Below, piece after piece: positions 17,520 to 26,715 of a stretch of DNA of 38,551 nt. Both the position numbers and the translations under genes were made by a program. Numbering within the stretch: position 1 is the first letter of the stretch; each line of letters begins with the position of its first letter. Source of the DNA: an uncultured Erysipelotrichaceae bacterium. Lineage in GTDB: Bacteria > Bacillota_I > Bacilli_A > RF39 > UBA660. The stretch spans positions 1 to 38,551 of the forward strand of contig CACZOQ010000011.1 in NCBI GenBank assembly GCA_902782835.1, given 5' to 3'. The notes under the pieces are model-generated. The model was not told the origin of the DNA. It saw only the letters and a list, made by a program, of their open reading frames with translations, and searched no databases.

Positions 17520-18962
17520 ATGAATAGTCGCAAGTTAGCATACGATATTGAGGAGATGCCACCTTTAAAAGAATCCATCATCTTAGCATTTCAGCATCTA
17601 TTTGCTATGTTTGGTGCTACTATCTTAGTACCAATTCTAGTAAATGCTGCAGCTGGAAAAGAAGTATTAACGATTCCAGTTGCCTTAGTAACATCTGGTA
17701 TTGGAACACTTATCTATATTCTATGCACAAAAGGAAAATCGCCTGTTTATCTAGGAAGTTCCTTTGCCTTTATTGTTCCAATTGCCGCCGCTTATACAAA
17801 AGCTGGAATTGCAGGAGCAATGACTGGTATTATGGCCGTAGGTTTAATCTACATCATAGTAGCCATTATTATTAAATTTGCAGGAAAGGATTGGTTGGAA
17901 AAATTACTACCACCAGTTGTCATAGGACCAATGATTATGATAATTGGTTTAGGATTAGCTCCATCTGCTATTAATCAAATAGGTTTAGCAAGCGGAACCA
18001 GTCTTGATTGGAAAATCATTTTAGTAGCATTTATTTCCTTTATTGTTACTGCAATTGTAATGACAAAAGCAAAAGGATTTCTTCGTATAATTCCTTTCTT
18101 AGTAGGAATTGTTGTAGGATACATAGTAGCTGTTTGCTTAGGCATGATTGATTTTAAGACAGTGGGGGAAGCTACTTGGTTTAGCGTTCCAAAATTTAAA
18201 ATCTTATGGAAAGATTATCAATTAAATTTCACAGCTTTAATGACAATTGCCCCAATCGCCTTAGTAACACTATGTGAACATATAGGAGATCACACATCAT
18301 TAAGTAATATTATAGGAAGAGATTTAATCAAAGAACCAGGATTAGATCGTACTTTATTAGGAGATGGACTTGCAACATTTGTTGCTGGATTTTTAGGAGG
18401 ACCAGCTAATACAACATATGGAGAAAACACTTCCGTAGTAGGAATGACTAAAGTTGCCAGTGTTAAAGTAATTGGTTTAGCAGCCATCTTCGCCATAATT
18501 ATTGGATTTTTAGGAAAATTTACAGCCCTAGTATCTACGATTCCAAATGCAGTATTAGGAGGAGTATCCCTATTACTATATGGATTTATTGCTGTAAACG
18601 GTTTAAAAGTATTAATTAAAAATCAAGTTAATTTTGAAGAACCTAAAAATGTAATTGTAGCATCATCTATGTTAGTATTAGGATTAGGAGGTGCAGCTGT
18701 TTCTATTGTAAGTGGAGACTTATCATTGACCATTTCTGGTATGTCTTTAGCAGCAATCTTTGGTATCATTTTAAATTGTGTATTACCAGGGGAGAAAAAA
18801 CCAGTAGCAACTTTAATCAAAGAAGATACAAGATATGTAAAACAAGATATTAATAAATTAAAAGAAGATATTAAAGAAGAACTAACAGTAGAATTAAAAG
18901 AAGATATTGTTAAAATGATTCAAAAAGAAATGGATCATCCAAAAAAGAAGAACAAAAAGTAG
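17520..18962 (+). CDS. uraA: Uracil permease (NCS2/UraA-PyrP family)
   Basis: AFQHLFAMFGATILVP, YLGSSFAF, EHIGD, GPANTTYGEN and VLGGVS motifs. GAGGAG RBS before the ATG at 17520. Confidence 0.92.
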   Translation: MNSRKLAYDIEEMPPLKESIILAFQHLFAMFGATILVPILVNAAAGKEVLTIPVALVTSGIGTLIYILCTKGKSPVYLGSSFAFIVPIAAAYTKAGIAGAMTGIMAVGLIYIIVAIIIKFAGKDWLEKLLPPVVIGPMIMIIGLGLAPSAINQIGLASGTSLDWKIILVAFISFIVTAIVMTKAKGFLRIIPFLVGIVVGYIVAVCLGMIDFKTVGEATWFSVPKFKILWKDYQLNFTALMTIAPIALVTLCEHIGDHTSLSNIIGRDLIKEPGLDRTLLGDGLATFVAGFLGGPANTTYGENTSVVGMTKVASVKVIGLAAIFAIIIGFLGKFTALVSTIPNAVLGGVSLLLYGFIAVNGLKVLIKNQVNFEEPKNVIVASSMLVLGLGGAAVSIVSGDLSLTISGMSLAAIFGIILNCVLPGEKKPVATLIKEDTRYVKQDINKLKEDIKEELTVELKEDIVKMIQKEMDHPKKKNKK

Positions 18963-18971
18963 GAGGACAAA

Positions 18972-19598
18972 ATGGAAGTTGTAGAATTAAATCATCCCTT
19001 AATAGAACATAAACTTGCCATATTAAGAGAGGAAAAAACAGGAACAAAAGAATTCCGAGAATTAATAAGTGAAATAGCAATGTTTCTATGCTATGAAGCA
19101 ATGAAAGATGTAAAACTAAAAAAAACAGTGATTAAAACCCCAATAGAAGAAATGACTACAGGGAAACTAGAAGAAGATAAATATGCATTTGTTCCAATAT
19201 TAAGAGCAGGAATGGGAATGCTAGATGGTGTAATAACCGTCGTTCCTAATGCCAAAATAGGTCATATTGGAATGTATCGTGATGAAACAACATTTGAACC
19301 AGTAAATTATTTCTTTAAAGTGCCAAAAGGAATTGAAAAAAGAGAAGTATTCTTATTAGATCCAATGCTAGCAACAGGAGGAAGTGCCTGTGATGCCATT
19401 GATTTGTTAAAGTCAAAAGGAGTAAAAAAGATTAATTTTCTTTGTATCATTTCGGCTCCTGAAGGCTTAAAAGCAGTATCGGAAAAACATCCGGATGTAA
19501 AGATATTTACAGCTCACATTGATCGAGAATTAAACAAGAATAAGTATATTTGTCCTGGATTAGGAGATGCAGGAGATCGTATTTTTGGAACAAAATAG
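18972..19598 (+). CDS. upp: Uracil phosphoribosyltransferase
   Basis: HPLIEHKL, VPILRAG, DPMLATGGS and PGLGDAGDRIFGTK motifs. Confidence 0.97.
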   Translation: MEVVELNHPLIEHKLAILREEKTGTKEFRELISEIAMFLCYEAMKDVKLKKTVIKTPIEEMTTGKLEEDKYAFVPILRAGMGMLDGVITVVPNAKIGHIGMYRDETTFEPVNYFFKVPKGIEKREVFLLDPMLATGGSACDAIDLLKSKGVKKINFLCIISAPEGLKAVSEKHPDVKIFTAHIDRELNKNKYICPGLGDAGDRIFGTK

Positions 19599-19624
19599 AA
19601 AGACAAAAATCTTTCTATTTTTTT
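19592..19624 (+). terminator. Intrinsic terminator
   Basis: AAAATAGAAAGA-N6-TCTTTCTATTTT plus a T run, followed directly by TGTTATAAT (19626-19634). Confidence 0.8.
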
Positions 19625-19649
19625 ATGTTATAATAAAATTGGTGATAAT

Positions 19650-20423
19650 ATGAGAGCATCTATAAAAAATAAGATTATTGTTTTCTTAATAATAGGAGTC
19701 AACGCTAGTATAGGATTTTCTTTCATAATAGGGGGAGCGATTATGGCTATTCAAGAAAATATCCCTATATGGAAATACTTACTATCAATGTATCCTTTAC
19801 TAGCTTATGCTTTATTTTTTACAGGCATTCTTATCTATGCCATTATAAAAACAATAAAATATACTATATCTAAACCAGTAGAAGAAATCACGATTTGTAA
19901 AATGAATAAGGATAAATATTTATTTGTAAATCAAAAAAGGAAGCTTTATTCTAGTACGAGAACATTTAAAAAGAATATAGAAATCAATCAATATTATAAA
20001 ATTACTAGAAGAGATGATGAAATTATCAATATTGAAGAAACTACAGAGAAGATCCCTTTTAATGGAATAAAAGAAGGTTTTTGGACTACTTTTTATACTC
20101 CCAATGATATTTATAAAGATGTTGCATATCTGCCAATAATATATACGATAGCCGTTATGTTTCTACCATCTATTATCGCCATTCCTGTATTAGGAATTAT
20201 TGGTTATGACTTATATACTAAAATAAGAGTATCCAATCGTAAGAAAAAAATATTAAACGAAAACTATACATATGAAGATATAGAAAATATTGAAAGAAGT
20301 ATTCAAGGAGAAGATGCCCCTTTCTTTGAAAAAATATTCAAGTTCTATCAAAAACATCGACCTATCTTGATAATTCTTTTTATCGTTCTATTATGCTTAA
20401 TCTTCTATTTATTAGTGAAATAA
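19650..20423 (+). CDS. Hypothetical membrane protein
   Basis: GGTGA RBS, its own extended -10 and about 4 hydrophobic segments. Confidence 0.7.
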   Translation: MRASIKNKIIVFLIIGVNASIGFSFIIGGAIMAIQENIPIWKYLLSMYPLLAYALFFTGILIYAIIKTIKYTISKPVEEITICKMNKDKYLFVNQKRKLYSSTRTFKKNIEINQYYKITRRDDEIINIEETTEKIPFNGIKEGFWTTFYTPNDIYKDVAYLPIIYTIAVMFLPSIIAIPVLGIIGYDLYTKIRVSNRKKKILNENYTYEDIENIERSIQGEDAPFFEKIFKFYQKHRPILIILFIVLLCLIFYLLVK

Positions 20424-20437
20424 TATAAGGAGAATCT

Positions 20438-21670
20438 ATGAAAAAAATCATGATTGGAATTATTTCTTTAATCAGTATTCTATGTATTTTTTGTATTGGT
20501 AAATCTTTTTATCGAAACTATCAAATACGTCATGCAAAGAAAGTTGTTATATTAAAAGAACAAGAATTAGAGGTTTTTTCGGATGTAAAGTTAAAAGATT
20601 TGATTCAATCAATGAATGGAACTCTAATCAAAAATAAAAAAATCAATACAACAGAAATAGGAGAACAAGAAATCACTTTCGAGTATATAACAGATCAAAA
20701 CATAAAAGTTCCATATACAATTCATATTTATGTAGTAGATCGTACCCCTCCCATTATCTATCAGCCATCTTCTTATACAGTAGAAGAAGATTCCATGACA
20801 AAGAAAGAATTAGCTGAATCTCTATTTTGTGGAGATAATTATGATGATCATCCAAAATGTACTATAGAAGGAGATTATAATTTAAAAGAAATAGGAACAT
20901 ATCCAGTAACATTTAAAGGAGAGGACTCTTCCGGGAATATTTCAAACTATTCTTTCAATTTAATTGTAAAAGAAAAAATAAAAAAAAGTAAAAAGAGTAA
21001 TACGACGACGAATCATTTCACATCATATACAGATTTTCAGGATATTATAAAGAATTATAAAAAGAAAAATACGAAAATAGGAATTGATGTTTCTCATTGG
21101 CAAGGAAAAATAGACTTTGAGAAAGTAAAAAAGAGTGGCATAGAATTTGTCTATATCCGAGTAGGTAGGGGAGATGGAATCGGTGAAAAATATGTTTTAG
21201 ATGACCGGTTTGAAGAATATATTAAAGGCTTTAATAAAGTAAAAATACCAGTTGGAATCTATTTCTATTCAAATGCAAACAGTGAAGAGGACGCTAAAAA
21301 AGAAGCAAAATGGGTACTTTCAAAAATAAAAAAATATAAAGTAGATTTAGAAATAGCTTTTGATTGGGAAAATTGGAATTACTACCAAGAGTATGATTTG
21401 AGTTTTTATCATTTAACACAAGTAGCCAAAGCGTTTATCGATACAGTAGAGAAAGAAGGCTATCATGGCATGTTATATTCTTCCAAACACAATTTAGAAA
21501 CCATATGGTATCCTATCAATACAAATATATGGTTAGCTCATTATACTAAAAACACAAATTATGAGGGATCTTATAAAGTATGGCAAATTTGTGAAGATGG
21601 AAAAGTAGATGGGATTGATGATAATCTTGTGGATATTAATATCCGATATAACAAAAAAGGCAAGGATTAA
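20438..21670 (+). CDS. Membrane-anchored GH25 muramidase with Ig-like spacer domains
   Basis: N-terminal TM; Ig-like segments (VVDRTPPII, DSSGN); GH25 motifs GIDVSHWQG, AFDWE, WLAHY and VDIN. Confidence 0.88.
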   Translation: MKKIMIGIISLISILCIFCIGKSFYRNYQIRHAKKVVILKEQELEVFSDVKLKDLIQSMNGTLIKNKKINTTEIGEQEITFEYITDQNIKVPYTIHIYVVDRTPPIIYQPSSYTVEEDSMTKKELAESLFCGDNYDDHPKCTIEGDYNLKEIGTYPVTFKGEDSSGNISNYSFNLIVKEKIKKSKKSNTTTNHFTSYTDFQDIIKNYKKKNTKIGIDVSHWQGKIDFEKVKKSGIEFVYIRVGRGDGIGEKYVLDDRFEEYIKGFNKVKIPVGIYFYSNANSEEDAKKEAKWVLSKIKKYKVDLEIAFDWENWNYYQEYDLSFYHLTQVAKAFIDTVEKEGYHGMLYSSKHNLETIWYPINTNIWLAHYTKNTNYEGSYKVWQICEDGKVDGIDDNLVDINIRYNKKGKD

Positions 21671-21686
21671 TTATACCTTGTCTTTT
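21655..21686. terminator. Bidirectional terminator spanning two convergent stop codons
   Basis: AAAAGGCAAGG-N10-CCTTGTCTTTT; the two TAA stops share TTAA at 21667-21670. Confidence 0.6.
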
Positions 21687-22461
21687 GATATGTTTTTTTG
21701 CCTTCTTCATAGACTTTCTTACATAAATCATTTAATTGATTTACCGGAACAGAAATTCTTTCATAGATTTTTGCTTTTCTAAATCTTAATAAATCAGCTA
21801 TTTTTGGTCTATCAGAATCATACCAATTACGATTTTGAACATTTGTAGGATCCAAACCTTCACGAAATGATAATGTATCATGAACGTCACCATAAGGAGA
21901 TAGATTAATAGTAATATCAAATACATCCGTCTCAATTTTTTGCTCAGGTAAAACTAGATGATCTCTTTTATCAAACACATAGTGACTATCAAATAAAGAG
22001 GCAAATTTTTCTAAAGTGGAAATTATTTCATAAAAATCATCTCCACACTTTTCTAAAATAACAGGACTGATTGGTTCAGTGGAATCACTACAAAAGAACG
22101 AATCATCACCAACTTCTTTGTTTATAGAATGAAAAGATCGCTTCGATTTTCCTGCTAGTGACATAGATATGGATATGATTGTTCCTTCCCCAGTTGGACT
22201 AGGATAGATGATTGGACATATATATTCACATTCTACATGTTTTTTTCTAGTAAAAAAACCTTTCTTTTTTTCTTCTTCCACAAGTACACGGTTCACTTTA
22301 TCAACCAATTCACTAGTATCATATGCTCTTTGTAATTCTGAGAATTTTCCTCGTAGTATAGATATTAGTGTTCCTACACTAATTTCTTCTTCTGTATCTT
22401 CAAAATAATCACGATGGGACCAATCTTGAATAATATCAGCTAATTCTTCGTATTTTCCCAT
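21667..22461 (-). CDS. Hypothetical soluble protein
   Basis: AAGGAGG RBS and a TAGACT-17-TATAAT extended promoter (22491-22519, minus strand); no recognised motif. Confidence 0.75.
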   Translation of the reverse strand: MGKYEELADIIQDWSHRDYFEDTEEEISVGTLISILRGKFSELQRAYDTSELVDKVNRVLVEEEKKKGFFTRKKHVECEYICPIIYPSPTGEGTIISISMSLAGKSKRSFHSINKEVGDDSFFCSDSTEPISPVILEKCGDDFYEIISTLEKFASLFDSHYVFDKRDHLVLPEQKIETDVFDITINLSPYGDVHDTLSFREGLDPTNVQNRNWYDSDRPKIADLLRFRKAKIYERISVPVNQLNDLCKKVYEEGKKTYQKTRYN

Positions 22462-22523
22462 AAGGGACTTCCTCCTTCATAACGGCCTATATTATAACAC
22501 AAAAGAGTAAAAAAGTCTAGTTA

Positions 22524-23204
22524 TTATATATACTTATATATTTGCACTACAACATGATTCCCTTTTGTTTCTTTTATAATGCCTTTATAACGATATTTTC
22601 CAATCCTTTTAATACTAAATACATCATTCTCTTTTAACTTATAAGATGAATCTTTTAAAATATCATAATTTAATAAGATTTCTTTCTTTTGTATTTTTTC
22701 CACAACATCTTTTCTAGCAATATGACATAAGAAAGCAATTATCGTATCAATTCGATTACTAGAAACAATTCCTTCAATCAATTCATATTTTCTTTCATAA
22801 TCATATAAGGTATCAATCGGAAGTTCTTCAACACTAACCGAACAATTTCTAACCATTAAAAAATTTGATTCAAAATAATTTCTAACAATCGGTAATAGAT
22901 AAAGAAAATATCTCCCATCAATTAATAAGATATCTCCAAACAGTTCAGGCGCAATATTCAAAGAATAAAGACTTCCTAAAATATCTTGGTGACGGACAGG
23001 AACTTTAATTTTAATCTCATATAATAGAACTTCTGGTATTTCTTTTTGATAAACAATGACTTTTTCACTATCTTTATAGGGATAATAGATAGAATAATCT
23101 CCTTTTTTTAATTTTCCCTTTAATAAAGATAATTCTTTTGGATCTAAAAAATAAGTACTATGTTGATTCCATAATCGATTTAAATTTTTTTCAATAAAAT
23201 ACAT
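22524..23204 (-). CDS. ylmH: YlmH/Sll1252-family S4 RNA-binding protein
   Basis: TYFLDP, HQDILGSL, FGDI, SNRIDTII and DVFSIKRIGK motifs. TGCTATAAT promoter at 23228-23236 (minus). Confidence 0.85.
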   Translation of the reverse strand: MYFIEKNLNRLWNQHSTYFLDPKELSLLKGKLKKGDYSIYYPYKDSEKVIVYQKEIPEVLLYEIKIKVPVRHQDILGSLYSLNIAPELFGDILLIDGRYFLYLLPIVRNYFESNFLMVRNCSVSVEELPIDTLYDYERKYELIEGIVSSNRIDTIIAFLCHIARKDVVEKIQKKEILLNYDILKDSSYKLKENDVFSIKRIGKYRYKGIIKETKGNHVVVQIYKYI

Positions 23205-23272
23205 AAGAATCCCTCTTCTTAAAAGATATTATAGCATGATATAAAAAAGAAAAGAAAAAGAAATCGTTAGTC

Positions 23273-23300
23273 TTGACAAACAAAAAAAGAATACCATAAT
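23273..23300 (+). promoter_or_regulatory. Sigma-A promoter
   Basis: TTGACA-16 bp-CATAAT. Confidence 0.6.
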
Positions 23301-23370
23301 ATAATAATAGAAGATGTAAAAATGAGATAAGAAGAGGATCTTCTATAAGGAGTAGAAACAAGAAGTATTT

Positions 23371-25536
23371 ATGAAAAAAATAATCATTAAATTAAATATT
23401 CTTGAAGAAGAAAAGAAATCTTCAAGAATTGAAAAACACTTAAAAAATAAAGAAAAAATCCATAACTGTAAAGCAAATTTAGAAGCTAAGACAATTTCTA
23501 TTATCTGTCAAGATGATCTAACAATAGAAGAAATAGAAGAGTATTTAGAAGAAATAGGATATTCATCACTAGGAGTAGAATTAGTTTCTAAAATTCACAG
23601 AAGGAAAACAGGAATAACAGTTCTTCTAGGAATCGTATTACTAGGAGTTTTTTTGCATACTCTAAAAGAAATCGTTCCAATTCCATTCTTTCAAAAAATG
23701 ACCCCTAAAAGTGAAGTGCTCCTTCTATGTATTTTATCCATAGTATTTATAGGATATGGTATGACTATTATAATAGATGGTATCAGTAAGTTATTTACAA
23801 AAAAGATGAATTTAAATAGTTTATTATCAATCGATATTATAGTAACTTATATTTATTCTTATGTTTTATTTTTTAAAGTTTTAACAGGTAATAGTTCATA
23901 TATGAACAATGTTTATATTGAAATCTGTTTTTTCTTAATATATTTTCAAAAAATAGGCCATTCAATAGAAAGAAAGAATCAAGAAGAATTAGAATTAGAA
24001 GTAAGTCAATTATCAAAAACGAATCGAAATAAAGTAAGTAAAAAAGAAGGAAATTCCTACAAAGAAATATTTCTAGAAGATGCCAAAAAAGGAGATACAA
24101 TTCTATGTTTACCAGGAGATAGAATACTATTAGATGGGACAATCATTTCAGGAAATACACATTTGGATGAATCATCTACTCTTGGCAAAAGTGTTTCTTC
24201 TCCTAGAAAAGAACAAGATAAAGTATTATCAGGTAGTATGAACTGTGAAAACGAAATAGAATATAGAGTCGATAGAATATTAAGAGATACGTATACTAGT
24301 CAAATTAGTAAAGAAGTCATTGATGAGAGAAGAAATAAAGAAAGAGGAATCAAAAAAATTGATTATCTATGTCTCATTTGGACTCCAATCTTTGTAGTAA
24401 TAACATTCATAATATTAGGACTAATCTATTTTATAACTAAAAAAGCAAGTGTAGCATTTACTACTTATGTTCTAATTTGGAATATTGTATGCCCACTAAG
24501 CTTAACATTAATTACGCCTTTAGCATTTCAGAAAAGTTCTAAATATGCCAAGAAAAAGGGTGTTTTAATTAAACGAGTAGAATCTCTCTTACAACTTCGA
24601 ACAATCAATACCGTAGTATTTGATAAAACAGGTACCTTAACAAACGGCTATTTAAGTGTATCTAGAATCAACAATCATAGTGAAATGGAAGATAAAGAAT
24701 TACTAGAGTTACTAGGAGCGATTGAAAAACATAGTTCTCATGCCATTGCAAGAGGGATTAATAAATATCTAAGAAGTGAAAGAATCAAGGTGAAAAATGA
24801 TTTTATTACAGAAGATTTAGATGGATATGGAGTAAAAGCAAAAGATGATAATACAATTTATTATGCTTGTAACGGGGAATTATTAAAGAAACTAGATATT
24901 ATTAATTCCTATAAAGAAGAAGAAAGAAAACTAACATTAGAAGGAAATACCACTATCTATCTTGTAAAAAATAAAAAAGTAATTGCAACATTTGGATTAA
25001 AAGATAATGTGAAAAAAGAAGCTAAAAAAGTAATGGATTATTTAAAAGAAAAGAATATCGAAATTATGATTTTATCAGGAGATTCAGATGAAATTACTAA
25101 AAAGATAGCAAAAGAATTAGGAATCAAAAAGGCCTATGGAAATCAAACAACAGAATCTAAGAAAGAAAATATCAAAAAACTTCTTCAAACGGGAAGAAAA
25201 GTAATGGTAATAGGAGATGGAATAAATGACGCTCCATCTCTTGCCACAGCAACAATAAGTCTAGTTTTTAAAGGATCAAATGATATTGCAATTTCCGCAG
25301 CAGATGGAATGTTAATGAATTCCAGCTTATTGAAAATTATCGAATTATTTACAATCCGTAAAATAGTTTTAAGAACAGAAAAACAAAATCGAATTATCAC
25401 AATGGTTACAATATTTATGTTATTCATCATGTGCCTAATCTTCAGAGAAAAACTAAAAACATGGATGATATTAGTAGGAATGTTAATCAGTACTTTATTC
25501 GTTATTGGAAATACTTTTAGACGGAAAAGAAAGTAA
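23371..25536 (+). CDS. P1B-type (heavy-metal family) ATPase with degenerate motifs
   Basis: HMA-like N-domain; PGDRILLDG, DKTGTLT, SGD and GDGINDAP are present. CxxC, TGE, CPC and HP motifs are altered. Confidence 0.85.
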   Translation: MKKIIIKLNILEEEKKSSRIEKHLKNKEKIHNCKANLEAKTISIICQDDLTIEEIEEYLEEIGYSSLGVELVSKIHRRKTGITVLLGIVLLGVFLHTLKEIVPIPFFQKMTPKSEVLLLCILSIVFIGYGMTIIIDGISKLFTKKMNLNSLLSIDIIVTYIYSYVLFFKVLTGNSSYMNNVYIEICFFLIYFQKIGHSIERKNQEELELEVSQLSKTNRNKVSKKEGNSYKEIFLEDAKKGDTILCLPGDRILLDGTIISGNTHLDESSTLGKSVSSPRKEQDKVLSGSMNCENEIEYRVDRILRDTYTSQISKEVIDERRNKERGIKKIDYLCLIWTPIFVVITFIILGLIYFITKKASVAFTTYVLIWNIVCPLSLTLITPLAFQKSSKYAKKKGVLIKRVESLLQLRTINTVVFDKTGTLTNGYLSVSRINNHSEMEDKELLELLGAIEKHSSHAIARGINKYLRSERIKVKNDFITEDLDGYGVKAKDDNTIYYACNGELLKKLDIINSYKEEERKLTLEGNTTIYLVKNKKVIATFGLKDNVKKEAKKVMDYLKEKNIEIMILSGDSDEITKKIAKELGIKKAYGNQTTESKKENIKKLLQTGRKVMVIGDGINDAPSLATATISLVFKGSNDIAISAADGMLMNSSLLKIIELFTIRKIVLRTEKQNRIITMVTIFMLFIMCLIFREKLKTWMILVGMLISTLFVIGNTFRRKRK

Positions 25537-25537
25537 C

Positions 25538-25566
25538 TTGAAGGAAAAAGAATAATATGCTATAAT
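25538..25566 (+). promoter_or_regulatory. Sigma-A promoter of mnmA
   Basis: TTGAAG-17 bp-TATAAT with a TG extension. Confidence 0.7.
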
Positions 25567-25590
25567 AAGGCGGTCAAAGGAAGTGGTACT

Positions 25591-26694
25591 ATGAAAAAAG
25601 TTGTCATTGGTATGAGTGGTGGAGTAGATAGCAGTGTAGCAGCTATAATCCTACAAAAACAAGGCTATGAAGTCATAGGACTCTTTATGAGAAACTGGGA
25701 CTCTTTAGCTGACGGAGAGTTAAATGGTCCAACAACAGATTCCGGTATCTGCCCACAAGAAGAGGATTATTTAGACGCAAAATCAGTATGTGATAAATTA
25801 GGAATACCTCTTCATCGAAAAGACTTTATTAAAGAGTATTGGAATTATGTATTTACGTATTTCCTAGATGAATTAAAAAAAGGACGTACTCCAAACCCAG
25901 ATATCATGTGTAATAAATATATTAAATTTGATGCCTTCTTGGAAGAAGCAAAAAAATTAGGGGCTGATTATATCGCAACGGGACACTATGCTAGAATAAA
26001 AGATGGCAAATTATTACGAGGTGTAGATTCCAATAAAGACCAAACGTATTTCTTATCACAAGTGCCAAAAGAACAGTTTCAAAATGTATTATTTCCAATC
26101 GGTGATATGGAAAAGAAAGAAGTTAGAAAAATTGCTGAAGAATATGATTTAATAACTGCCAAAAAGAAAGATTCAACTGGAATTTGCTTTATAGGGGAAA
26201 GAAATTTTAAAAACTTTCTAAAAAACTATTTACCAAATCAACCAGGAGATGTTGTAGATATTGATACCAATGAAGTTATTGGAAAACATATTGGTTTAAT
26301 GAATTATACAATTGGTCAAAGAAAAGGTTTAAATATTGGCGGAACCAAAGATAAAATGTTTGTTGTAGGTAAAAATTTAGAAAAAAACATTTTATATATT
26401 TGCTTGGGAGAAGATAATGATTATTTAATAAGTACTTCTTGTTTAGTAGACAATTTGAATTATTGGGAAGAAGAAAAAATAACAAAATGTACTGCTAAAT
26501 TTCGTTATCGTCAAGAAGATGTTCCAGTAGAATTAGAATGGTTAGAAAATGGAGAGGTTTTAGTTAAATATCCACAAGGGGTAAAATCAGTGACTCCTGG
26601 GCAAGCTTGCGTATTCTATGATAAAGAAGTATGTTTAGGTGGAGGAATCATCAAAGAAGTTCGAAAGAACAATCAAAAACTTTGGTATTTATAA
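25591..26694 (+). CDS. mnmA: tRNA 2-thiouridine(34) synthase
   Basis: [47 protein letters not shown] and TPGQ motifs. Confidence 0.97.
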   Translation: MKKVVIGMSGGVDSSVAAIILQKQGYEVIGLFMRNWDSLADGELNGPTTDSGICPQEEDYLDAKSVCDKLGIPLHRKDFIKEYWNYVFTYFLDELKKGRTPNPDIMCNKYIKFDAFLEEAKKLGADYIATGHYARIKDGKLLRGVDSNKDQTYFLSQVPKEQFQNVLFPIGDMEKKEVRKIAEEYDLITAKKKDSTGICFIGERNFKNFLKNYLPNQPGDVVDIDTNEVIGKHIGLMNYTIGQRKGLNIGGTKDKMFVVGKNLEKNILYICLGEDNDYLISTSCLVDNLNYWEEEKITKCTAKFRYRQEDVPVELEWLENGEVLVKYPQGVKSVTPGQACVFYDKEVCLGGGIIKEVRKNNQKLWYL

Positions 26695-26715
26695 AAAAAA
26701 TTAGTAGGGGTAATA

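Noticed and set aside
20438-21670. GH25 gene as a prophage endolysin
   Set aside because: It has an N-terminal membrane anchor and Ig-like spacers, and there are no holin or phage genes nearby.
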